DNA of 32,000 nt from Candidatus Jordarchaeales archaeon (lineage in GTDB: Archaea; Asgardarchaeota; Jordiarchaeia; Jordiarchaeales; Freyrarchaeaceae), in assembly GCA_038858525.1 (NCBI GenBank), contig JAWCFL010000011.1:1-32000 (forward strand), given 5' to 3'. The notes below the pieces were generated by a model. That model did no database searches, was not told where the DNA came from, and was given only the letters and a program-made list of their open reading frames with translations. Shown in pieces: positions 9,484-16,488 of this stretch (positions within the stretch are counted from its first letter, which is position 1; each line of letters starts with the position of its first letter). A program made the translations under genes and the position numbers.

Positions 9484-10399
9484 CCCAGTGCTCGTACTTT
9501 GGATTTTTGCCCAAAGTAACTTCTGAAAAAGCCTTCTGAAGCTTCCTCGTGATGGGGCCAGGCTCTCCGTCACCTATAGTTACATTATCAATCTCGACAA
9601 CTGGCGTGATCTCGCCCGCTGTGCCAGTAATGAAAACTTCATCCATATTGTAAAGTTCAGCGCGAGTAATGTCCCTTTCGACCACACGTATTCCAAGCTC
9701 CTCTCGGGCAAGCGTAATCACCGTGTCACGCGTAATCCCCTTAAGAATTGATGCATATAAAGGCGGAGTAATCAGCTCCCCATTCTTCACCGCGAAAAGA
9801 TTCTCCCCAGATCCCTCAGCTACAAATCCCCTGTGGTCCAAGAAAAGCGCCTCGTCAAAACCATGCTCAACAGCTTCAAGCTTAGCCAAAATACTGTTAA
9901 TATACTGACCGCACGCCTTAACCTCAGGAGGCAAAGCCCTAGGAGAAATCCTCTCCCAAGAAGAAAACATACAGCGAACACCCTTCTCAAGAGCATCAGG
10001 TCCCAAATAACGCCCAAAGGGAACAACATAAATAGCAGCCTCGACAGGAACTTTAATAGGATTTAAACCTAAGGGACCATATCCTCTAAACACTATAGGA
10101 CGAATATAAACAGTCTCGTGAAAATTATTTCGCCTCACAAGCTCCACAATAGCATCACAAAACTCATCCTTACTATAAGGCACCTTCATCTTGTAAACCC
10201 TAGCCGAGTAAAAAAGCCGGTCAATATGCTCACGCAACCTAAAAATCAAAACATTACCATTCTCAGTCCCATACCCTCTGATCCCCTCAAAGACACCACT
10301 ACCATAATGCAACGCGTGCGTCTTAATATGAATAACAGCATCATCCCACTTAACAAATCGCCCATTAAGCCAGCAATACTCAGCACGCTCCTCAGACAT
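9467..10399 (-). CDS. ilvE: Branched-chain amino acid aminotransferase
   Basis: ALHYGSGVFEGIR, VKACGQY, EGSGENLF, LKGITRDTVI, DEVFITGTAGEITP; ATG 10399 (MSEERAEYCWLNG) preferred over 10456. Confidence 0.95.
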   Translation of the reverse strand: MSEERAEYCWLNGRFVKWDDAVIHIKTHALHYGSGVFEGIRGYGTENGNVLIFRLREHIDRLFYSARVYKMKVPYSKDEFCDAIVELVRRNNFHETVYIRPIVFRGYGPLGLNPIKVPVEAAIYVVPFGRYLGPDALEKGVRCMFSSWERISPRALPPEVKACGQYINSILAKLEAVEHGFDEALFLDHRGFVAEGSGENLFAVKNGELITPPLYASILKGITRDTVITLAREELGIRVVERDITRAELYNMDEVFITGTAGEITPVVEIDNVTIGDGEPGPITRKLQKAFSEVTLGKNPKYEHWVTPVY

Positions 10400-10465
10400 A
10401 AAACACACCCCCAAACAATTCTCACAAATAGAAGTAAAGCGATAAAATATAAGCATTAACCCTCA

Positions 10466-10479
10466 CGAAAAACTTAATA
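10466..10479 (+). promoter_or_regulatory. BRE/TATA promoter of tRNA-Met
   Basis: CGAAAAACTTAATA about 30 nt upstream of tRNA position 1 (10510). Confidence 0.6.
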
Positions 10480-10509
10480 CCTCACCTCACATTAGAAATA
10501 CACCAAGGT

Positions 10510-10695
10510 GCCGGGGTAACCTAGCCACGCTACGCTAGAATGGATCGCACCCGCCCAGAATGGGTGCCGGACTCATAATCACACCCAAAAAAGGGGTCGG
10601 ACAAAAAACATGGGACATCCGGTTGCAGGGGTTCGAATAAAGCAGTCACACAAAAAGGAATAGTGACTGCTTAGTCGGAAATCCCCTCCCCGGCA
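10510..10695 (+). tRNA. tRNA-Met(CAT), elongator type, with four BHB introns
   Basis: Removing 10527-10540, 10546-10560, 10578-10616 and 10638-10681 gives a 74-nt cloverleaf GCCGGGG TA ACCT AGCCTGGATT GGGT G CCGGA CTCATAA TCCGG TTGC AGGGG TTCGAAT CCCCT CCCCGGC A with fully paired acceptor, anticodon and T stems; CCA not encoded. Confidence 0.9.
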
Positions 10696-10698
10696 CTA

Positions 10699-10722
10699 CC
10701 CTCTACTCTTCCCTCTACTCTT
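10699..10722 (+). repeat. 12-bp direct repeat CCCTCTACTCTT x2 between the convergent tRNAs
   Basis: Exact copies at 10699-10710 and 10711-10722, immediately 3' of tRNA-Met; pyrimidine-rich, possible terminator. Confidence 0.8.
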
Positions 10723-10761
10723 GAGTTTTAGGGATATGCAACAGAAAATAGTATAAGAAGT

Positions 10762-10948
10762 TGGAGCCGCCGGAGGGAGTTCCGATAAGCAGCTACCCGA
10801 TAGGCAGCTACAATAGACTCGTTAGGATAGCTGCTCTTTTTCGAACCCTCGACCCGCGGATGGCGTGACCTGCAGGTTTAAACTTGCAGATTTACAATTG
10901 CGGTACGCAGAGGGATGTCCGCCGCTCTACCGGCTGAGCTACGGCGGC
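10762..10948 (-). tRNA. tRNA-Thr(TGT) with three BHB introns, CCA encoded
   Basis: Removing 10916-10898 (32/33), 10892-10862 (37/38) and 10839-10779 (59/60) gives 76 nt GCCGCCG TA GCTC AGCCGGTA GAGC G GCGGA CTTGTAA TCCGC GGGTC GAGGG TTCGAAT CCCTC CGGCGGC T CCA. Confidence 0.92.
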
Positions 10949-11102
10949 TCTAGTTGAGGATCTGTTTTTCTGATTTTTAATTTTTATGGGGGGTCATTTG
11001 GGGTGTGATAAGCGGTGTAAGTTTATGTAGATTTATGAATAGAAAAAGCTAGTTCGTGTTGCTTGTTAGGTATTTGCGTGTTGCGGAGGCTTGCGGGGCG
11101 AG

Positions 11103-11621
11103 TTAGGTCATCCATCTTTTAAGTTTGGCGAAAACACGGGCGATTAATTCTGCGTTTTCTTTGAATCTTGTCATGTCCTCTCTTGATAGTACTCTGACTT
11201 GAGCTGCGGGGGCTCCTCCTACACTTGTTCTTGGGGGAATTACTGTGTTTTGAGCTACTATTGATCCGGGAGCAACTAGGGCGCCTTCGCCTATTGTTGC
11301 GCCTTCAAAAATTATTGAGCCATCACCGACGACTACTGTGTCGCCGCAGTAGCAGCCGTGCATGACAACGTTGCTTCCTATTGAGGTGAAGTTACCTATT
11401 ATGACTGGGGCTGCTTCCGAGCGTGCATGAATTATTGTTCCATCTTGGACGTTAGTGTAGCTTCCGATCTGGACTTTACCAAAGTCTCCTCTTATGACGC
11501 AGCCAGGCCATATGCTTGAGTACTCGCCTATTTCGACGTCTCCGATTATTGTTGCTTGGGGGCTGATGAACGCGTTTTTGTGTATTTTTGGGTGTTTTCC
11601 TTGGAATTCCAATATGGGCAT
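11103..11621 (-). CDS. Gamma-carbonic-anhydrase-like hexapeptide-repeat protein (one metal His missing)
   Basis: MPILEFQGKHPKIH..., IRGD, NVQDG..H, MHGC; SD GGAGGAGG before ATG 11621; second ligand position reads IGSN. Confidence 0.85.
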   Translation of the reverse strand: MPILEFQGKHPKIHKNAFISPQATIIGDVEIGEYSSIWPGCVIRGDFGKVQIGSYTNVQDGTIIHARSEAAPVIIGNFTSIGSNVVMHGCYCGDTVVVGDGSIIFEGATIGEGALVAPGSIVAQNTVIPPRTSVGGAPAAQVRVLSREDMTRFKENAELIARVFAKLKRWMT

Positions 11622-11725
11622 TTTAACCTCCTCCGCCAGTTGGCAGAACTCTCTTGAAAGATATAAAAAAGATATAAAATTAAATACTTTTTTATTATTG
11701 CTTATTGCTTTGCTGTTGTGGGAGC

Positions 11726-12775
11726 TTAGTGAGATACGAGCTCCTCTTGGCAGTGGAGCTTCCATTCCAGTTTGCATTTACAGTTAAGATGTTCTAGTTG
11801 CTTTGCGTCTTGAGTTACGGAGAACTTTTTTAGGGCAGCGTCTATTTTCCTGTCGCATAACCCGCAGTTGTGTGGTCCTCTGGGGAGCCCTGAAGCTGTG
11901 GGCGTGCAGGTTAGTGTGGCGTCAACTTCTCCTTGCACGTCTAAGATTATTTTTACTAGGCTCCAGAGCCAAGGTGGCCTGTAGCATCCTTTTTTCCATA
12001 AGAGTTCTACAAAGGTGCCTTTGTGAACGGTGCATGGGTTTAGGGATATGGCGTCTACGTTCATCTCTGAGAGGTGCTTAATGGATCTTTTCACGTCGAA
12101 TATTGCTTCAGCTTCTCTTAGGAGAGGAGGCTTAACTAGAAGGTAAACTTTGACTCCTGCTTCGAGGCGTCTCAGTATTTCCAAGCTGGCTTTGAAGTCG
12201 TTTAGGGAGAAGCCTTTGTTTATGATCGACCTGACTCTGTCGCTTGTTGATTCTAATCCTATGGCGACTGTTAGTCTTTTCTCCTTTAGGGCGTTAATAG
12301 CGTCGCTTATAATGTCTTCCCTTATGAATTCGGGTCGTGACTCAACTATTACTTCTTCGACTTTGGTTTCACGCGATAAAAAGTGCAGTATCTCGTCTCT
12401 CACTTGTTTAGGAACTTCTTTTTCATCAAAAAAGCTTCCTGAAGTGAATATTTTCACGCTTATTGGAGGAGGGATGGCTGCCAGTTTTTCGTAGGCCAAC
12501 TTGAAATGGTCGAGAAGAAGGGAGGAGGACGGGGTTGACTGAGAGCCGTCATAGACGTATCCGCACATTGAACAACCACCGGAGGTGAGAGCCCAATGGC
12601 ACCCGACGGTAGGTAGGATTATTACTAGGGCATGCCCTTCCTTTCCGAGGACGCGATCCGGCTCGACCCAGGATTTGTGAGGCATACGTTCAGGAGGTTT
12701 CCTTGATTTAAGGTAATCTTCTCTTAGTTTGAGGGAATAGCTTAAAATCAGACGGCTCAGATCGCTGGCGTTCAT
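11726..12775 (-). CDS. raSEA: Archaeosine biosynthesis radical SAM protein RaSEA
   Basis: GCHWALTSGGCSMCGY, VKIFTSGSF, VESRPEFI, AIGLES, VKVYLLVKP, YRPPWLWS, RGPHNCG; coupled to arcS. Confidence 0.9.
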   Translation of the reverse strand: MNASDLSRLILSYSLKLREDYLKSRKPPERMPHKSWVEPDRVLGKEGHALVIILPTVGCHWALTSGGCSMCGYVYDGSQSTPSSSLLLDHFKLAYEKLAAIPPPISVKIFTSGSFFDEKEVPKQVRDEILHFLSRETKVEEVIVESRPEFIREDIISDAINALKEKRLTVAIGLESTSDRVRSIINKGFSLNDFKASLEILRRLEAGVKVYLLVKPPLLREAEAIFDVKRSIKHLSEMNVDAISLNPCTVHKGTFVELLWKKGCYRPPWLWSLVKIILDVQGEVDATLTCTPTASGLPRGPHNCGLCDRKIDAALKKFSVTQDAKQLEHLNCKCKLEWKLHCQEELVSH

Positions 12776-14733
12776 TGTTCATCCCACCGCTTGGCGTGCT
12801 TCAACTTTACTGCTACACCACGGCTAAGTTTGACCATTTCCTCCCCATTTAGGATCGCTTCACCTATTCCGATTAGCTTTCCGGATGAGTCTAGAACGAA
12901 GACAACGTCGCCGGGCCTTATTTGAGGGTCGGCGTCCTCAACCCCCGGCACCATGACAGAAGAACCCTTAATCGAGCTGCCTTTAAAGAGCACCCAGTGG
13001 CTGGTTGCTATTCGTTCGCCTCCCTCTAATGTCGGCACTACGAAGCCCGTTAGAGGAGATATTTGGGCGAGAAGCGTTTCTCCGTCATAGAGAAGCTTTT
13101 CTCCCTTTACTTTGACCTTCACAGTAGTAGAGTCAGTAGCTAGTTTTTCTCCTGCTCTAGGGCCAAACTGGTAGTCGGCTGTCTTTCTGAATGTTTCCTT
13201 TAAACGGTCTATTTCTTGACATTCTCGATGTGAGAAACGCGATAAAACAGACCTTAAAGAGGACAAGGAGGAGGGACTGGTAATGCTTCCCTCTACTTCA
13301 GTATAGATTATTTCTCTTCCCGATATTTCGCTTGCCTTTTTACATGCTTGAAGATATCCCCCATCAAGATGTGCTATTATGGGGCAGTCGCTTGGAAACT
13401 TATCCAAGTATCTTGCGATGCACTCAGCGGCGATCCTTATTTCTTCTTGATCCCATTCTCCGGTAACAGGAACATCATAATGCGCTGCAGGATATACTTC
13501 TTCAAGCTCTCGGGGAACTAAGCCGAGAGGGGATGACACTATTCCCTCACATAACCCCTTTATCCCTGTTTCGATGATGGCTTTTCTAAATAGCTTGTGT
13601 GAAGGTGAGCTTGAGTATGGTTTTCTGGCTGAGCAGGGTAAGAGAAGGACTGCCGTAACGTTCTTGGGGGGAGTGTAACGTGCGGCAATTCTGGTTCTAA
13701 AACGCTCAATGGATGGTTTATGGTAGGATTCCGGACCAATACAGTAAACCTTAGTTTTGCTTGAAACAGGGGTATATTTTTCGAGTAGCGGATAGGCTTC
13801 TTTGTCCGATATTCTGAGGAGTGCTGCTAATTCTGGTGATTTATGGCAGGCTTCTTCTACACCTTCACGAAGGCGTGACTGCCTTATTAGAAGAGATGCT
13901 TTTCTGAGGATGCTTAAAGCCGAGAGCAAGTTGTGATTTAAGAGAAGGCGAAGGCGTTCATCGCGGTTCGGTAATGATTTTTTTAGAAGGAGGCATGCTT
14001 CACAAAAACATGGCAACTCTTTAATGACGTTGAACTGATGCCACACGCCATCGAAGAAGTACATGTCTTTTAATGTTGCATCGATGATAATAGACGTGTC
14101 AAAAAGGTCTATGCCTAAGTAGACCAAGTGGAGGTAGTATGAGGGAGGAATTCTTCCTGAGGCGTATAATATGGCATTAGGACCAATAAAATAGTTAATA
14201 TCCTGTAAGAAAGCAACCAGGTCTCTCAGGTTATGGAAAGCTTCCTCTAATCCTCTTATGACGTAGAATCTAAAGCCAAGTTTACTTACTTCTGAAAGGA
14301 AATTTCTCCTGAGAGACCTAGAGGAAAAATAGTAGATTGGCATTGCTACTGGTAAGTCCATCATCGCTTTCCCAATAGCTTTAGCGCCTTCAAGCAGTTC
14401 ATCTAAAAGTGAGGCGATTATTTCACGTGGACCTTTAATGGGAGGGCATGGGGCAATAAGAACGTCTGCATCTAAGCTTAGCCCGTATTTTACGGCCTCG
14501 TCTAAGCTGGATGTTAACGGGCTCATGAGGGGAACTAGCTTAAATTTTTCTTTAATGTGGGAAAGTAATTCTTTCTCGTGCGTCGTGATTAATTGGGCTT
14601 GGGAAGGAGGAGGATAAGTGTCGTCAACAAAGTAAAAAACGAGGTTTGGTGTTTCAAAAGATCTTGAACCTATTTTGACACGAGTAATTCTTCCAGGCCC
14701 ATCGTGACGAAGAACTTCAAACAATGAAACCAC
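12772..14733 (-). CDS. arcS: Archaeosine synthase ArcS (TGT-like domain plus PUA)
   Basis: HDGPGR, LLLPCSARKPYS.SPSH, SSPLGLVPRELE..YPAAHYDVPVTG.W, ADYQFG, C-terminal PUA (ADPQIRPGD). Confidence 0.92.
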   Translation of the reverse strand: MVSLFEVLRHDGPGRITRVKIGSRSFETPNLVFYFVDDTYPPPSQAQLITTHEKELLSHIKEKFKLVPLMSPLTSSLDEAVKYGLSLDADVLIAPCPPIKGPREIIASLLDELLEGAKAIGKAMMDLPVAMPIYYFSSRSLRRNFLSEVSKLGFRFYVIRGLEEAFHNLRDLVAFLQDINYFIGPNAILYASGRIPPSYYLHLVYLGIDLFDTSIIIDATLKDMYFFDGVWHQFNVIKELPCFCEACLLLKKSLPNRDERLRLLLNHNLLSALSILRKASLLIRQSRLREGVEEACHKSPELAALLRISDKEAYPLLEKYTPVSSKTKVYCIGPESYHKPSIERFRTRIAARYTPPKNVTAVLLLPCSARKPYSSSPSHKLFRKAIIETGIKGLCEGIVSSPLGLVPRELEEVYPAAHYDVPVTGEWDQEEIRIAAECIARYLDKFPSDCPIIAHLDGGYLQACKKASEISGREIIYTEVEGSITSPSSLSSLRSVLSRFSHRECQEIDRLKETFRKTADYQFGPRAGEKLATDSTTVKVKVKGEKLLYDGETLLAQISPLTGFVVPTLEGGERIATSHWVLFKGSSIKGSSVMVPGVEDADPQIRPGDVVFVLDSSGKLIGIGEAILNGEEMVKLSRGVAVKLKHAKRWDEQ

Positions 14734-14742
14734 CTGTTCAGA

Positions 14743-15372
14743 TTAGTCAGTTACTCGAAACCATTCTCTAAGCGAGTTTCCCACCGCGAGGCTGGAGAGT
14801 TCATCTAAAACTTGGAGTAAGTAGACTTTTTGAGGGAAAAAACGCGTGTTTGCTGCCTGATCGAGAATTCGAAGAAGAGCATAGTACTTAGTTCGTCTTA
14901 TGGATCCCCACGTTTTTTTATCGACGGAATTTCTAGCCTGCTTGATCGTTTCTTTAAAGAGAGGCGGACCTTCAAGTTTCAAAGCAGTGAACGCCGCCAT
15001 TAAGAGAGCTATAGATGAAAACGTTTTCCCTGCTTTGGAAGGTTTAGAAGAAGCTGCACGATAGCCTTTGAGGAAACATTCCAGTGCATTTCTAAGATAA
15101 CCTTCAGCGAAGAGACAATCACCTGCTTCAACATATAATGCAGAGGCACGAATAGGCATGCCTTCAAGCTCAAGGAAGGAAGCGCATACTAAAAGCGGGG
15201 GAGAACACTGCTTATGAACGCCCAATTGATGCATTGACGAGACAGTGTTCAGAATGGTTCCTAAAGCATTTATAGCTTTGGGGTAAAGCTCTATAAGCTT
15301 TGAGCTCTCTCCTTCTTTGAGAAGGCGCGTGTAATATTCTAATATTCGCGTTGCCTCTTCCAATAGCGTCAC
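14743..15372 (-). CDS. Hypothetical alpha-helical (TPR/SNAP-like) protein
   Basis: 209-aa ORF co-oriented with arcS; ASALYVEAGDCLFAEGYLRNALECFLKG resembles a TPR-type helical pair. Confidence 0.6.
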   Translation of the reverse strand: MTLLEEATRILEYYTRLLKEGESSKLIELYPKAINALGTILNTVSSMHQLGVHKQCSPPLLVCASFLELEGMPIRASALYVEAGDCLFAEGYLRNALECFLKGYRAASSKPSKAGKTFSSIALLMAAFTALKLEGPPLFKETIKQARNSVDKKTWGSIRRTKYYALLRILDQAANTRFFPQKVYLLQVLDELSSLAVGNSLREWFRVTD

Positions 15373-15459
15373 ACTCCGCTTAAAATGGAAAAACGCCCCC
15401 CAATTTTTGGAGACCGGATGGCTACATTTATAGTTAGCGCGTCTATTTGAGTTTTAAAG

Positions 15460-16488
15460 GTGAACGAGGCGATGAAGATGATTTCTAACTGCAATGTGTT
15501 CATATCTCATTCGAAGGCTGTCGTCTTAGGGAAGGAGACCGTGTGCGATGGACATGAAGATGGTTATAGGTTGAGAGTTGTTACTCATGCTCATTCAGAC
15601 CACCTTTACGGCTTAAGAGAAAGTGTCAGGAAATGCGACTTAGTTATTTCGACAAAAGAAACAAAGGATCTCCTGATGGCGCTCGGAAGGAGAGAAGCAC
15701 GTTTCCTTGTGGCAGTCAACGGTGGCGACGCTATAAGGTGTGGGGAGGAAAAAGTGAGGTTAATTCCGGTAGAACACATTTTGGGGACTGCACAGGTCCT
15801 TGTTGAAAGAGAGGATGGGGTGCGTTGTCTTTACAGTAGCGATTTTAGAATCCACAGCGCGCCAATAGTTAAATGCGACGTCCTAGTTCTCGATTCAACT
15901 TATGGTTCACCTGACAACGTGCGGCCCAAAATGGAGGAGGTCCACAGCGCATTTTGCACAATAGTTGAAGACGCCTTAGCTAGAGGGGAGCCGGTCCATG
16001 TGTTCGGTTTCATAGGAAAAGTTCAAGAAGCGATGGCTCTCCTAAGAAGAAAAAAGGTAGATGCGCCATTCGTCGTCTCGCCCAGAATGTATAGGGTATC
16101 AAAAATATACGAGAAGTACGGTTTTTGTCTAGGAGAGTACTACTCATCAGAAGGACATGTTGGCAGAAAAGTGCTGGAAAATGACCTTCACGTTGCTTTT
16201 TTCTCGCCTCTTGAAAAACACCGCTCAAACATAAGCTGCGTGCAGATAGAACTAACAGGATGGCTCTTCAAAACCCCTTACACGAGAATAGGAGAGAAAA
16301 ACTATGTGGTTTCGCTCAGTGGCCACTCCGACTTTAACCAGTTGATAGAATACGTCGATAGATGCAGGCCAAGTTACGTTGTAACAGACAACTCTCGCGG
16401 CGGTCAGGCCGTGAAACTGGCTAAAGAAATAGAAAAAAGGCTCGGAATACCTGCTAGTCCCTCTCCTCCAAAAGAGGTCACACGTTAA
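15460..16488 (+). CDS. Metallo-beta-lactamase/beta-CASP nuclease
   Basis: THAHSDH, EHILG, YSSDF, LDSTYG, SLSGHSD motifs. Confidence 0.85.
   Translation: MNEAMKMISNCNVFISHSKAVVLGKETVCDGHEDGYRLRVVTHAHSDHLYGLRESVRKCDLVISTKETKDLLMALGRREARFLVAVNGGDAIRCGEEKVRLIPVEHILGTAQVLVEREDGVRCLYSSDFRIHSAPIVKCDVLVLDSTYGSPDNVRPKMEEVHSAFCTIVEDALARGEPVHVFGFIGKVQEAMALLRRKKVDAPFVVSPRMYRVSKIYEKYGFCLGEYYSSEGHVGRKVLENDLHVAFFSPLEKHRSNISCVQIELTGWLFKTPYTRIGEKNYVVSLSGHSDFNQLIEYVDRCRPSYVVTDNSRGGQAVKLAKEIEKRLGIPASPSPPKEVTR

Noticed and set aside
10581-10597. Nested intron within the tRNA-Met 37/38 intron (ACCC/GGGT hairpin)
   Set aside because: No register gave a valid BHB central helix
10578-10616. Box C/D guide RNA encoded in the tRNA-Met intron
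   Set aside because: Only 39 nt, with no RTGATGA or CTGA boxes
10509-10698. RNase P or SRP RNA, or a permuted tRNA, suggested by terminal GTGCCGGGG/CCCCGGCAC pairing
   Set aside because: The pairing is a tRNA acceptor stem; there is no GAGGAAAGTCC RNase P motif, and the exons are in normal order
11622-11777. 52-aa N-terminal extension of the gamma-CA-like ORF
   Set aside because: It overlaps the RaSEA end and an AT-rich promoter with AAGATATAAAA x2; a strong SD supports ATG 11621
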